NCBI GenBank assembly: GCA_964016885.1
Contig: OZ024752.1
Coordinates: 4,030,001-4,094,000, forward strand
DNA from: Eledone cirrhosa
Taxonomy: Eukaryota
Reading direction: 5' to 3'
Length of the DNA stretch: 64,000 nucleotides
Made by a program: the position numbers and the translations under genes. This document shows, piece by piece, positions 39,801 through 56,299 of this stretch. Positions within the stretch are counted from its first letter, which is position 1. The number at the start of each line of letters is the position of its first letter. Below the pieces are notes generated by a model. That model was not told where the DNA came from. It ran no database searches and worked only from the letters and a program-made list of their open reading frames with translations.

Positions 39801-41783
39801 TATATATATGTATATATATGTGTATACGTATATATATGTATATATATGTGTATATGTATACGTATATATATGTATATATATGTGTATATATATGTATATG
39901 TATATATATGTATATGTATATATATGTATATGTATATGTATATATATGTATATGTATACGTATATATATATATATGTATATGTATGTATATGTATATATA
40001 TGTATATATATGTATATGTATGTATATGTATATATATGTATATGTATGTATATGTATATATATGTATATGTATATATATGTATATGTATATATATGTATA
40101 TGTATATATATGTATATGTATATATATGTATACGTATATATATGTATACGTATATATATGTATACGTATATATATGTATACGTATATATATGTATACGTA
40201 TATATATGTATACGTATATATATGTATACGTATATGTATATATATGTATATGTATATATATGTATACGTATATATATGTATACGTATATGTATATATATG
40301 TATACGTATATATATGTATACGTATATGTATATGTATACGTATATATATGTATACGTATATATATGTATACGTATATGTATATATATGTATACGTATATA
40401 TATGTATACGTATATGTATATGTATATGTATACGTATATATATGTATACGTATATATGTATACGTATATATATGTATACATATGTATATGTATATGTATA
40501 CGTATGTATATGTATATGTATACGTATATATATGTATACGTATGTATATGTATATGTATACGTATATATATGTATACATATGTATATGTATATATATGTA
40601 TACATATGTATATGTATACATATGTATATGTATACGTATATGTATATGTATACGTATATATATATGTATATGTATACGTATATATATATGTATATGTATA
40701 CGTATGTATATGTATACGTATGTATATGTATATGTATACGTATATATATGTATACGTATATATATGTATACGTATATATATGTATATGTATACGTATATG
40801 TATACGTATATATATGTATATGTATACGTATATATATGTATACGTATATATATGTATATATATATATATGTATACGTATATATATGTATACGTATATATA
40901 TGTATACGTATATATATGTATATGTATATATATGTATATGTATACGTATATATATGTATATGTATACGTATATATATGTATATGTATACGTATATATATG
41001 TATACGTATATATATGTATATGTATACGTATATATATGTATATGTATACGTATATATATGTATACGTATATATATGTATACGTATATATGTATACGTATG
41101 TATATATGTATACGTATATATATATATATATGTATACGTATATATATATATATATATGTATACGTATATATATATATATATGTATACGTATATATATATA
41201 TATGTATACGTATATATATATATATGTATACGTATATATATATGTATACGTATATATATTTTTTTATTAATGTATATGTATACGTATATATATATTTATG
41301 TATATATGTATACGTATATATATATGTATATTTATATATATATTTATATATATATGTATATTTATATATATATTTATATATATATGTATACGTATATATA
41401 TATATGTATATTTATATATATATTTATATATATATGTATACGTATATCTATATATTTATATATATATGTATACGTATATCTATATATTTATATATATATG
41501 CATACGTATATATATATTTATGTATACGTATATATATATTTATATATATGTATACGTATATATATATTTATATATATGTATACGTATATATATATTTATA
41601 TATATGTATACGTATATATATATTTATATATATGTATACGTATATATATATTTATATATAAGTATATTTATATATATATTTATATATAAGTATATTTATA
41701 TATATATTTATATATATGTATATTTATATATATATTTATATATATGTATACGTATATATATATTTATATATAAGTATATTTAT

Positions 41784-42097
41784 ATGGCGTAGGATAGAAG
41801 AAAGGAAAGGCACAGAAACGAAGAAAGAAATCCCCAGTCACTGAAGAGGTCACAGAGTGTGTGACGAAAGAACTATGACTATATATATATAAACAACTAT
41901 CTGGTTATGGAACCAACCAACCAACCAGAAATTTATAAATTTGTAAATTTATAAATATTTAATAAATTAAATTGAAGTGAAAGCAACTGGTACGTGTGTT
42001 TCTTATTGGCAACATGACCCTCCCAAAGTATAACAATATCGGTTTCAACACACGATTTCAGATAAAGAATCTTGCTAAACAAATTCAGAAACGAAAT
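41784..42097 (+). mobile_element. Family 1 hammerhead module embedded in the satellite
   Basis: Homologous to 1622-1908; TA-rich satellite on both sides. Confidence 0.8.
41836..41880 (+). ncRNA. Type I hammerhead ribozyme motif (family 1)
   Basis: AGTCA-CTGAAGA-gGTCACAgagtgTGTGAC-GAAA-gaac-TA-TGACT; predicted cleavage after 41875. Confidence 0.8.
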
Positions 42098-43887
42098 ATA
42101 TTTATATATATATTTATATATAAGTATATTTATATATATATTTATATATATAAGTATACGTATATATATATTTATATATATAAGTATACGTATATATATA
42201 TTTATATATATAAGTATACGTATATATATATTTATATATATAAGTATACGTATATATATATTTATATATATAAGTATACGTATATATATATTTATATAAA
42301 TAAGTATACGTATATATATTTATATAAATAAGTATACGTATATATATTTATATATAGATGTATACGTATATATATTTATATATACATGTATACGTATATA
42401 TATTTATATATACATGTATACGTATATATATTTATATATAGATGTATCCGTATATATATTTAGGTATACGTATATATATTTATGTATATGTATACGTATA
42501 TATATTTATATATATACGTATACGTATATATATATATACACGCATATATATGTATATATATACGTATATATATTTATATATATACGTATATATATTTATA
42601 TATATACGTATATATATTTATACGTATACGTATATATATGTATATATATACGTATATATATGTATATATATACGTATATATATACGTATATATATATATA
42701 TACGTATACGTATATATATATATATACGTATATATATATATATATATATACGTATACGTATATATATTTATATATATACGTATATATATTTATATATATA
42801 CGTATATATATTTATATATATACGTATATATATTTATATATATACGTATATATATTTATATATATACGTATATATATTTATATATATACGTATATATACG
42901 TATATATATTTATATATATACGTATATATATTTATATATATACGTATATATATTTATATATATACGTATATATATTTATATATATACGTATATATATTTA
43001 TATATATACGTATATATATTTATATATATACGTATATATATTTATATATATACGTATATATATTTATATATATACGTATATATATTTATATATATACGTA
43101 TATATATTTATATGTATACGTATATATATTTATATGTATACGTATATATATTTATATGTATACGTATATATATTTATATGTATACGTATATATATTTATA
43201 TGTATACGTATATATATTTATATGTATACGTATATATATTTATATGTATACGTATATATATTTATATGTATACGTATATATATTTATATGGATACGTATA
43301 GAAATTTATATGTATACGTATAGATATTTATATGTATACGTATAGATATTTATATGTATACGTATAGATATTTATATATATACGTATAGATATTTATATA
43401 TATACGTATAGATATTATATATATACGTATAGATATTTATATATATACGTATATATATTTATATATATACGTATATATATTTATATATATACGTATATAT
43501 ATTTATATGTATACGTATATATATTTATATGTATACGTATAGATATTTATATGTATACGTATAGATATTTATATGTATACGTATAGATATTTATATATAT
43601 ACGTATATATATTTATATATATACGTATATATATTTATGTGTACGTATATATATTTATATGTAGACGTATATATATTTATATGTATACGCATATATATTT
43701 ATATGTATACGTATATGTATATATATGTATATATGTATATGTATATATATATGTATATATATGTATATGTATATGTATATATATTTATATGTATATGTAT
43801 ATATATTTATATGTATATGTGTATATGTATATATATTTATATGTATATGTATATATATGTATATGTATATATATTTATATGTATATG

Positions 43888-43924
<37 letters not shown>

Positions 43925-44027
43925 GTATATATATTTATATGTATATGTATATATATTTATATGTATATGTATATATATTTATATGTATATGTATATATAT
44001 TTATATGTATATCTATGTATATGTATA

Positions 44028-44238
<211 letters not shown>

Positions 44239-44239
44239 G

Positions 44240-44278
<39 letters not shown>

Positions 44279-44583
44279 GTATATGTATATATATTTGTAT
44301 GTATATATATGTATATGTATATGTATATATATGTATATGTAAGTATATGTATATATATTTATATGTATATGTATATATATGTATATGTAAGTATATGTAT
44401 ATATATTTATATGTATATGTATATATATGTATATGTAAGTATATGTATATATATTTATATGTATATGTATGTATATGTATATATATGTATATGTATATAT
44501 ATTTATATGTATATATATATATGTATATGTATATATATTTATATGTATATATATGTATATGTATATGTATATATATTTATATG

Positions 44584-44638
<55 letters not shown>

Positions 44639-44657
44639 TTATATGTATATGTATACG

Positions 44658-44688
<31 letters not shown>

Positions 44689-45643
44689 TTATATGTATAT
44701 GTATACGTATTTATATTTATATGTATATGTATACGTATATATATTTATATATGTATATGTATATATATTTATATATATATGTATATTTATATATATTTAT
44801 ATATATATGTATACGTATATATATATATTTATATATATATGTATATTTATATATATTTATATATATATGTATACGTATATATATATATTTATATATATAT
44901 GTATACGTATATATATATATTTATATATATATGTATACGTATATATATATATTTATATATATATATGTATACGTATATATATATATTTATATATATATAT
45001 GTATACGTATATATATATATTTATATATATATATGTATACGTATATATATATATTTATATATATATATGTATACGTATATATATATATTTATATATATAT
45101 ATGTATACGTATATATATATATTTATATATATATATGTATACGTATATATATATATTTATATATATATATGTATACGTATATATATATATTTATATATAT
45201 ATGTATACGTATATATATATATGTATATATATATGTATACGTATATATATATATTTATATATATATGTATACGTATATATATATATTTATATATATATGT
45301 ATACGTATATATATATATTTATATATATATGTATACGTATATATATATATTTATATATATATATGTATACGTATATATATATATTTATATATATATATGT
45401 ATACGTATATATATATATTTATATATATATATGTATACGTATATATATATATTTATATATATATATGTATACGTATATATATATATTTATATATATATGT
45501 ATACGTATATATATATATTTATATATATATGTATACGTATATATATATATTTATATATATATATGTATACGTATATATATATATTTATATGTATATGTAT
45601 ACGTATATATATATTTATATATATATACGTATATATATTTATA

Positions 45644-45997
45644 AAGGCCAGCAATTACATCAGTGCATTACTGGTACTTATTTTATCGACCCCGTAAGGA
45701 TGAAAGGCAAAGTTGACCTCGGCAGGAAATGAACTCAGACTGTAAAGGGCCGTAACTCTATGCTGCAAAGCATGGCGTCCGACCTTCTACCGGTACTGCC
45801 AAAGAAATAATTGTTTCTACTTTTGGCACAAGGCCAGCAATGACCCAATGTATTACTGGTACTTTATTTTATCGACCCCGTAAGGATGAAAAGCAAAGTT
45901 AACCTCGGCGGGATTTGAACTCAGAATGGAAATGGCCGTAACTCTATGCGTCAAAGCATGGCGTCCGACCCTCTACCGATACTGCCAATCCACCGCC
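45644..45997 (-). mobile_element. Two head-to-tail SINE family A copies (45644-45802, 45808-45997)
   Basis: TACTGGTACTT..ATCGACCCCGTAAGGATGAAA..CATGGCGTCCGACC occurs twice. Confidence 0.9.
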
Positions 45998-46249
45998 CTT
46001 CCAAAACAATAATGGCTGAAAGAAGGAATCAGCACGACCGTGATCTAGATCACTGTTTGAGTCACTGCTGATCTATTGAATGGTCATATTTTGCTTGCAG
46101 TCAATATTGCTTGCATGTTCGTTACTCCCGACACCGTTCATCTGCCGAGACTTTTTATGTTCTGAAAAATTCTTGGTGATGAGGGGCGTTCGTGGACCGA
46201 GTTTCCATTGTATTTCTTAAAAATAACGTAAGGCCAATGTTATTTCTCG

Positions 46250-46461
46250 TATTGGCAGAACCAGTAAAGCATCGGACACCATGCTTTCAACGTACAGTTC
46301 CGACCCTTTATATTCTGAGTTCACATCCCGCTAAGTTTAGCTTTGCCTTTCATCCTTACAGGATCGATAAAATAAAGCGGCAGTAATGCGCTGTGTCGAT
46401 TTAATCGACTTACCTCTACCCTAAAATTGTTGGTCTTGTGGCTAAATCAGAAACCCTTATT
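46250..46461 (+). mobile_element. SINE family A
   Basis: TTGGCAGAACC..CTGAGTTCACATCCCG..CTTTGCCTTTCATCCTTAC. Confidence 0.8.
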
Positions 46462-48033
46462 TCTCGTTACAGTCAATCTAGCTTCAATTATATTTTACTT
46501 GAGTTGGCGTCTATTTATCGACGACTGACCTAGGCATTATTTGAACTGAAATCGAATTGAAACAAAATCAAATAGTATAAATCATTTAGACGGTAATTGG
46601 TTTTCCCACCTCATTGCATTCACATACATGCTATGTTCTCTACTTTTTTAATGATCATTATATTGGTACACATATTTAGTCTCACTCTGGGAACTAGCAA
46701 CTCGGTATAATCCGATGGAACACGTGATGTGATGAGCAATTAGCAATCGCTATAATCTCTCACATGACTATTTTATATGACCTATCCACAACATTTATGT
46801 TTTAGTTTAAAATTCTCATTAATCATACACACTCTCACTCACATACATACGTATGCATTAGTACATATTAGGACATATGTGGGTATTTGCATGTGATTTG
46901 GACGCGACCACATGTAAAATCCTTCTATTTTCAATAGTGAAAGGTGGATATTGGAACATTAATACTTTTTCCAAAGCAATTAGTGGTATAAGTGAACTTG
47001 TTTGAGCCGAAACCGAGTTTCAATTTTAACAAGCCGGTAGCTTAAATTTTACTCCAACAGTATTTTCCTGACTGACTTAAAATATTATTGATTTTTTTTT
47101 TTCCAAGTCAAAGAACTATCCTATAGGTCATTAAACAACAGCTAAAAATTAAACAAAAAATTAAGTTGTGTGTATGTGTAAGCGTGTGTATGTGCAATCA
47201 TATGTATGTGTAAGCGTGTGTAGTAGTGCGTGTATATGTTAGCGAGTATGTGTGGATGTGCGATTTAATTTGAAAATTTAAATCGACTGAAATAATTTTT
47301 TTCTTTTGTGCGACTATAAGAACTTTTTTTTTTATTTCGCCTCATTTAATGTGTAATTAAAATTCCACCTCATTAATAAAACACACACAGAGATGCGTAA
47401 AAAATTGTCTGTTATTGACCATTCATGTGAAAATGTTTGAATAAATACGCGCGTCTACTGTCTGTCCTGAAAAAAAGAACAATGAATAAACAAAGCGCTT
47501 TAACATAGCAATATAAAATTGTTGGGTCTTTTGAGGTTAAATTAGGAAATATTGATTGCTAGCATAGACACAAGGCCACGATAAACGATCACATCGACCT
47601 TAGTACATGACGGGTACCTACGTTTACTATATACCAAGAATGATGAAAAGTAAAGTTGATCAGCGAAATATTTGAACTTAGAACATGAGATCTTTTATGC
47701 CACCACCCAACTGATTTTGAGAGGCCTCAAGAAATACGCATATATATAGTTCAAGGGAACAACAAACAGAGGTACAAAAAATCTTATAGTTTCACGCTTT
47801 ATATGGAAAAGGAGAAAGAAAGTTCGACGTGTCGGGCTTTAGCCCCAGGAGTACAAAATTAGAGATAAGATCACATATGATATATATAGAAAAACGAAAA
47901 TAAAGAGGAGGGAGTTTGAAGACAGAACATAGAGAAACAGAACTAATACTACAGTCTATTTAATCTGATGCTCTAACAACTTTACTAATTTGTAGCCTAC
48001 AATTAGTAAAATGTGCAAACATTTACTCCATAC

Positions 48034-48200
48034 CAGTAGTTCCCAAAGTGGGTTCTATGAAGGACTGTTTAGGGTTCCGTGAAAAAAGGTAGAGGAGTAT
48101 ATTTATATTACGACCATATAACAGTATTAGACTTTCGGGTTCCCCAAAAAATTTCTAAACCAAAAAGTGTTCCGCATTTGAAAGAATTTGGGAGACCCGG
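48034..48200. mobile_element. Putative hAT-type MITE
   Basis: Imperfect TIRs CAGTAGTTCCCAAA / TTTGGGAGACCCGG. Confidence 0.45.
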
Positions 48201-48572
48201 CTCTATGCTAGACCATCCTAGGAATGAGAAAACTGGTAAAATAATTCATTAATCAAATTGATGAAAGTTAAAAAAAAATCAAACATAATGTTGGATTTCC
48301 AATAGTATTCGGTAATGTGACAGTTTTGTCACATAGTTATCATGTAGTAAAACTGGAATTTAATTTTAATCCTCTACCATTTCGATAGATTGGTGGAATT
48401 CGAATTTGGTGTGATTTGAACTGTAGCAGGTGAGGTATAAAACCTGTTAAATATGTAGACCATTACACTACCAGGTTGTTTAGTTGGTCATCGACGTTCT
48501 CAAGTTTTAAAGTACAAAATTTGAAATTCCTTTCCAGCCATGCCCCTCGCGTCTTACTTTCAGACAGGAATT

Positions 48573-48731
48573 CAAACCTGCCAACCTCGAGAAACCCAAG
48601 CGGGGAGTACAATTAAATAAAGTGGAGCAAAATGGGGAGATTTTACCCATTTTCACAAGAGAAGACATCTCTAATCAACTTTAGAGTTGATTGGAGATCT
48701 CCCCGTCGGAAAGGGATATTTGACAGGTCTG
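48573..48731. mobile_element. MITE, same family as 25084-25248
   Basis: TIRs CAAACCTGCCAAC / TTTGACAGGTCTG. Confidence 0.7.
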
Positions 48732-50453
48732 GGATTTGTCTATGAATATATAATCAAATGTACTTTCCTTATCGAAGGCAATTACCTGTAGTTTGGAGAC
48801 TTTGTTATTTCTAGCATGTAGTGGTCACTTTGAGGCCTCTATCCGAACATTATGGCAACAGAGCATGAAAGTACTACTATGTCAATTCTGTTCAGGTCTT
48901 ATTGGAATTGGATACACTCGTTGCATACACGCGTTGTTTTTCTTCTTGTTAATTAACCTCAGCTAAACATATAATCAAATGCGCCCCTGCAAGGCTTGAT
49001 TTGAGGGAGATTTAGTTGATCAATCCACAACATCAATGCTCTATTGTTTGCTTAAATATATATAAAAGGATTAAGAGTAAAATATAAATCCCCATACGAC
49101 TCGAGATTGCTTCAGTTCTTGGTTATCTTGAGTTCACTTAGACCTTTATTTTTTTTTATTTTGAGAGACACGAGCATGACAAAAATGTCTTTAGTACCTT
49201 TTTTGTAATTAAATACCATGGACCTGTTATGAGATGTTTACATTATTTAACCAAAAAGGGTGGGGCAGTGCCCAATACAATTTCCAGACAGTATGGAACT
49301 TGTATGAAGCAGCGAAATGGGTATCCCCAAATAGTATGAAGAGGAAATGGTTAGGTGTGTAAGCCTGACAGGAGATGATATGCAGGGTATTAGTTCAGGG
49401 TAGCAGAATCTATTGTAGGGGTAACGAGACGGACAGAAGAAACAGCGCATTTCTGATCTAGTGATTGTAATCTGATTGTGATTGCATATTATCCACTCAT
49501 TTTGGCTGATGTCTTTTGGATATTGTACAGGATGTGTGTGTGCGTAGCAGCATCATCGTCCATTGTGAAAGCAGTACTTCGGTGTAGGTTCAATTTTGAT
49601 TGTGTTGAGAATTAACAATCTGGTCAAGGCTCACCTGACTAAAACGAAGATAAAATGCAATTTTTTTGCATATTTATTATACCAATACTCTTTTCAACGA
49701 AGAATGCAGCTTTGATATCGCTTGTTACTAATTGTTTGCAACAATTCTTTTTTAATCCTAGAGCTTAGTTTGCTTATTTTTTTCTTTTCGTTTCCTCAGA
49801 ATATAAAGGGATAGCAACTAGAATAGTTTGTTTACGTTTTCTTTTACACTATATATTGTATGGAAACATAACATGTAATTGTGTATAAGTGGGTGTGATG
49901 GGTGACAGAGAAAAAATATTCTTCAGGAGATTTGGGTAAACAAATGGCAAAGAATATTGATATGCCATGCTAATAAGAATTACATTTTCTCGATGAAACT
50001 TCATCCAGAATCAAATTGAAACAGGTTCTGCAACCAACAAATCTGCGAAATCAAAGAGGAAAGTCACATTTAGAGGGAAAACTTAAATATCCCTTTCTTA
50101 TGAGACACCTCATGTCGAAATGGATTTGCCCTGAAGGAATCTTGAGTTAATGTGCTTCTTGCTTACCATATAGAAAACTAATGGCATTTTTTACCTCCAG
50201 ATATCACTGATAGCAGCTTCATTTTCAATATTCATAACTTGGTATAATGACAGAAATAGGCGGAGGTAGAAGAGGTGAAGTAGAAGGTTTAGGGAGAGAA
50301 GAGACGAAAGACAGATATAGGAAGATGATGGGAAGGGGGTTAAGATGAAGTAGAAACATTGGGATGAAAGGGGAATGAAGCAAGAAGGTTTGAGAATGAG
50401 GGATGGTAATCTTATAAAGAAAGAGGAAGTTATAACGAGAATGACGGGGGGGT

Positions 50454-50808
50454 ACATACAAACACACACATACATACACACACTTACACACACACATATA
50501 CACTTACATACATGCACACACTCACACACGCATACACTTACACACGCATACACTCACACAGGTATACACACACATGCATACACACTTACAGACACACATA
50601 CACAGGCACACACACTTACACACACACACAAACACTTACACACACACACACTTACTCAAACACACACTTAGAGACACACACACGTGCACACATAGTTACA
50701 CACACACACTTACTCACACACACACACACACACAAACACTTACAGACTTACAGACACACACACTTACACACACACACACTTAGAGACAGACACACACGTG
50801 CACACATA
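50454..50808. repeat. Degenerate (CA)n / CACTTA repeat
   Basis: Direct inspection. Confidence 0.85.
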
Positions 50809-51366
50809 TGTAGATATAACGTTTGCGAAGAAAAAAGATAAAATATGGTGGGGAATAAGAAGAAAAGAAAACATGAAAGTGGGTTAGAGGTGTTCTGGTA
50901 GCCTGGCAGACATTTTCCTAAAAGGACTTCATTGTATAATCCATACGCTGTTACGATATAATCTCAAGTATCTTATAATCAGTGTTATTAAACAGCTAAT
51001 TGTACCTGTCTCTTTATATTTATAGCTTAGCACTATTCTAATGAAAGCTCTACCCATTGGCCAATCTTGTCACACTCTGATAGTATATTTACTGCATTTC
51101 GCTACAAAAGGAAACTAAAGAGAGAGAGAAAGAGAAGAAAAAAATGAGATAAAAACGATACAAAAAGTCAAAACAACAATGAAATGCAAAGAGGGAAGAA
51201 CAGAACAAATTTCAGCATATGTAGAGCCATTGATTTTATGATACATATATATTGCATCATCTTTGAAATAGGTTGTGGAATGAAACGAGACTGTTTTCTC
51301 CTGCTCCCTAGGAGTCGTGTTCATTTAGTTTGGCAAGAGAAAATTATATATATGTATATGTATAAT

Positions 51367-51397
<31 letters not shown>

Positions 51398-51407
51398 GCG
51401 TGCGTGC

Positions 51408-51477
<70 letters not shown>

Positions 51478-51847
51478 ATGTATGTATACGTATGTATGTA
51501 TGCATGTATATATGTATGTATACGTATACGTATGTATGTATACGTATGCATATGTATATATATAAACGTCCATGTACCGCGCTGGAAAACCCTGACAAAC
51601 TGGGAAAGGCATATAACAACCCTTATAATTAAGACACAAATACGAGAAAAAGCCACACGTTGAGAAAAAAAGAGAAAAAAGTGAACATGGACAGCCATAA
51701 AATAATTAAATGTTTGGTGTGTCATCGGTTTGTAGTACACATGTATTAGAAAAGCTTGTTTGAAATTGTATCTGTGCATGTGTCCTTATCGTCTTGTCCC
51801 GCTATGTTTCTGTGTGCATGTATGCACGCAAACTCTTGAAGAAGAAA

Positions 51848-53761
51848 CACACATATATAAACACTCACACACATGTATAAACACTCACACACATGTAGAA
51901 ACACTCACTCACATGTATAAACACTCTCACATGTATAAACACTCACACACGTGTATAAACACTCACTCGCATGTATAAATACTGACACACATGCATAAAC
52001 ACTCACACATATATAAACACTTACACATATATAAACACTCACACACATATATAAACACTGACACACATGCATAAACACTTTCACACATGTATAACCACTC
52101 ACTCACATGTATAAACACTCACTCACATGTATAAACACTCACTCACATGTATAATCACTCACTCACATGTATAAACACTGATGCACATATATAAACACTT
52201 ACACACATGTATAAACTCATACACATGTATAAAGACTCTCATATGTATAAAGTGACACACATGTATAAATATTCACTCACATGTATAAACACTCACACAC
52301 ATGTATAATCACTGACTCACATGTATAAACACTCACACACATGTATAATCACTCACTCACATGTATAAAGTGACACATGTATAAATACTGACACACATGT
52401 ATAAACACTCACACACATGTATAATCACTCACACACATGTATAATCACTCACTCACATGTATAAACACTCACACACATGTATAATCACTCACTCACATGT
52501 ATAAAGTGACACACATGTATAAATATTGACACAAATGTATAAAGTGACACATGTATAAATACTGACACACATGTATAAACACTCACACACATGTATAAAC
52601 ACTGACGCACATGTATAAACACTGACGCACATGTATAAACACTGACGCACATGTATAAACACTCTCACACATGTATAAAGACTGATACACATGTATAAAC
52701 ACTCTCACACATGTATAAATACTGATACACATGTATAGACACTCACACATGCATAAACACTCACTCACATGTATATACACTAACACACATGTATAATCAC
52801 TCTCACACATGTATAATCACTCTAATACATGTATAAACACTCTAATACATGTATAAACAGTGACACACATATAAACACTGACATACATGTATAAACACTC
52901 TCTCACATGTATACACACGCTCACACATTTATAAACACTCACTCATACACATTTATAAACACTCACACACATTTATAAACGCTAACTCACATGTATAAAC
53001 ACTTAATTCACATGTATAAACACTCACATGTATAAACACTGATACACATACATAAACACTGACACTCATGTATAAACACTCATACACGTATAAACACTCT
53101 CACACATGTATAAATACTGACACATTTATAAACACTCATATACATGTATAAACACTGACACACATGTATAAACACTCACACACATAAACACTCACACACA
53201 TGTATAAACAGTCCCACACATGTATAAATACTCACACATGTATAAACACTGACACACATGTATAAACACTGACACACATGTATAAACACTCTCACATGTA
53301 TAAACACTGACACACATGCATAAACACTCACACATGTATAAACACTCACTCACATGTATAATCACTCACACACATGGATAAACACTGACACACATGGATA
53401 AACACTCACACATGTATAAACACTCTCACACATGCATAAACACTCTCACACATGTATAAACACTCACACGTGTATAAACACTCTCACACATGTATAAACA
53501 CTTTCTCAGATGTACAAACACTCTCTCACCTGCATAAACACTTTCTCAGATGTATAAACAGTCACACACATGTATAAACACTCACACACATATATAATCA
53601 CTCACACCTGTATAATCACTCTCCCACATGTATAAACTCTCACATGTATAAACACTCTCACACATGTATAAACACTCTCACACATGTATAAACACACACG
53701 CATGTATAAACACTCATACATTGTATAAACACTCATACATTGTATAAACACTCACACATGT
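51848..53761. repeat. ~1.9 kb minisatellite, 20-22 bp unit ACATGTATAAACACTCACAC
   Basis: Many tandem variants with a conserved CATGTATAAACACT core. Confidence 0.95.
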
Positions 53762-54487
53762 AGCTATATAGACAGAATGCTAGATATTTTAGTTCTCTAC
53801 AGACTTAATTATAATTAGATTGAAAAGAAATAATTACCGTAATGTTATCGTACAACAATTATGAGAATTATAATTACCACCTTTCTCTCTCTATCACATA
53901 TACATATATATACATATATGTATATGTGTATAACGCATGTGCATATATATGTGTGTGTGTATATATAAATATATATGAATATATATACCTGTGTGTACAT
54001 ATATGTGTATGTGTATACATATGTGTATGTGTACATGTGTGTATGTGTACATATGTGTGTATGTGTGTGCGTATGTGTTTGTGTGTGTGTATATATGTGT
54101 TTGTGTGTGTGTATATATGTGTTTGTGTGTGTGTATATATATATGTATGTGTGTGTATATAAATACATATGCGTGTGTGTGTGTATATATACATATATAT
54201 ATTTTGTCTGTATATATATATGGAGTGTGTGTGTATATACACATACATCCTACCATAATACAGCTAACACACTCTTGAGATTTAAGTAGTTTAATTTGTG
54301 TATCCTTAAGAATCCAATTATTTTAACAAAATACCACATAGTGATCTTTGTTAGATACTTACACATTGTTAGATATCAAGTCTTTATTCCGATAAACAAA
54401 ATTGTTCATTCTAACATTGAAGATGTTTTTCTATATGATTCGATGATTAGATGACATTTGGTAGATGATGATACCACATCACCATTA

Positions 54488-54745
54488 TGGTATGGATATG
54501 GTATGTGGTGAGAATTTCTCGGGAAAGAATCGCTGGATAGATTTTACGGGCAAAACCAACCGATTGGAGACCTCGCGGTAGACCCTGAGCAAGATGGTTT
54601 GGTAACATCCATGAGCTTGGTTGGTCTAGCTTAAGGATCCTACTGTATAGGCTGGAGACACTTCTGACAGGACTCGCTGGAAGGAGTGTTTGGGGGTCTC
54701 TGCCTCCCACGACCCTATCATGAATAAGCGAGCGGTGAAGATGCC
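54488..54745 (+). mobile_element. 3' fragment of an RTE-like LINE
   Basis: YVVRISRERIAG*ILRAKPTDWRPRGRP*ARWFGNI..DRTRWK matches the RPRGRP..W post-RT motif. Confidence 0.65.
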
Positions 54746-55747
54746 ACATGGCCTACAATAGACAGGGGCAGTAGGGATTTACATATATAACGTGTAAAAA
54801 ATATAAATAACAACAAAAATGCAAACAACTGAGTTCCACATTGGCGGGGAGGGGGATAACACCCTAGAGATAAATCAGGTACACCACCAATCCGAACAAC
54901 CCGACGCTTCAGGTACACCCGCAAGTCAAATTAACCAGACAAATTTTCTTTAGGACTACATTATGTAATGTGCCATTACTCCTTTGAAAGGGAGATTTGG
55001 TTTCTATTTCTACTTGAGCGAGCGACCATATTGAGATAAGGAGAAATCATTGTTATGTTATGAATGAGGGTTCTGATATAACTGTTGGTGTGGTTTTTCT
55101 TTAACTCTGTGTCAGTTCTGATCGAGTAGCTATACGATCGGAATCCTCTTCGCTCTGATCAGCCATGTATTTAATTTTTCAAACATTATATATAAAAAAA
55201 AACATTATTCAATGGGTCATACGATATATTATGATGTTATGGTGTGAATGATTTGAGAGAAATCTGTTTGCTTATGTATAGAAATCGAACAACGTCATTC
55301 CAGTGTTTAAGTTGTCAGATTCATTTTGAATTAGAGGAGATTTGTTTGTCATTAATAGCAGATCAAGTGACTACATAGAGGCTATCACGTTAGCTCGATA
55401 AATACTCCCACGTCGCAGAAGCTTCTGTTTTCAGTAAATAAATACAATAATAATATCACTGTATGGCTATCGTTACCAGGATTATTTTAATTCCGCGTAT
55501 TCATTAATTTAATATTAAGAGTCCACCGTTATACCTCTATTTCAATTTGCTCATATAAACTACCAGTTACTAAGAAATTACAGAGGCTTAACAATAGAAT
55601 TACATTCAGCAACGTGTGCGTTTGACAAATATGAGCAATTTAAACATTTTCCAATAAGGTGTTCCTGTCAGCAAGTATTCTTAGTTATTACTGGTTACTA
55701 GGAAACTAGATTCGCTTAAACAGCCAACGACAAACGAAACAGCAATA

Positions 55748-55787
<40 letters not shown>

Positions 55788-55851
55788 TATTGCTCAGTTT
55801 CATGTATCCTATACTCTATTTTAAAATCCACATTACTACTTCATAAATAAA

Positions 55852-55916
55852 TTTTCTTCTGATGAATGAAGACAGACATAAATATCTGTCTTCAAGAAAC
55901 CACTGGTAAATGAAAT
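55852..55916 (+). ncRNA. Type I hammerhead ribozyme motif (family 5)
   Basis: TTTCTT-CTGATGA-aTGAAGACAGAcataaataTCTGTCTTCAa-GAAA-ccactgg-TA-AATGAAA; perfect 10 bp stem II; GUA site. Confidence 0.8.
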
Positions 55917-56054
55917 AATTATCTTATGTTGTTTATTACATAACTAAATATATATATATATTTAGTTATGTGTGATACTATCCAAGAAAAACCTTGAACC
56001 GAACCGTTAAGGTATTTTTTTCTTGGTTATGTCAAAATTTATAAAACAAACTTG

Positions 56055-56115
56055 TATTTTATCTGATGAGTGCGTACCAATGTTTTGGTATCCTTGAAAT
56101 ATATATATTAGAATA
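56055..56115 (+). ncRNA. Type I hammerhead ribozyme motif (family 2)
   Basis: TATTTTAT-CTGATGA-gtgcgtaccaatgttttggtatcctt-GAAA-tatata-TA-TTAGAATA. Confidence 0.75.
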
Positions 56116-56229
56116 AATATGGTTTTATAAATATAGTTTCCATTTATTTAATATCATTTTATATATATATGTATATATAATTTCTCGTTCTCTCTCTCTA
56201 TCTCTCTTTCTTTCTCACACGCATTCCAT

Positions 56230-56299
<70 letters not shown>

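Noticed and set aside
51848-53761. CRISPR-like repeat periodicity
   Set aside because: No unique spacers and no cas genes; this is a eukaryotic minisatellite
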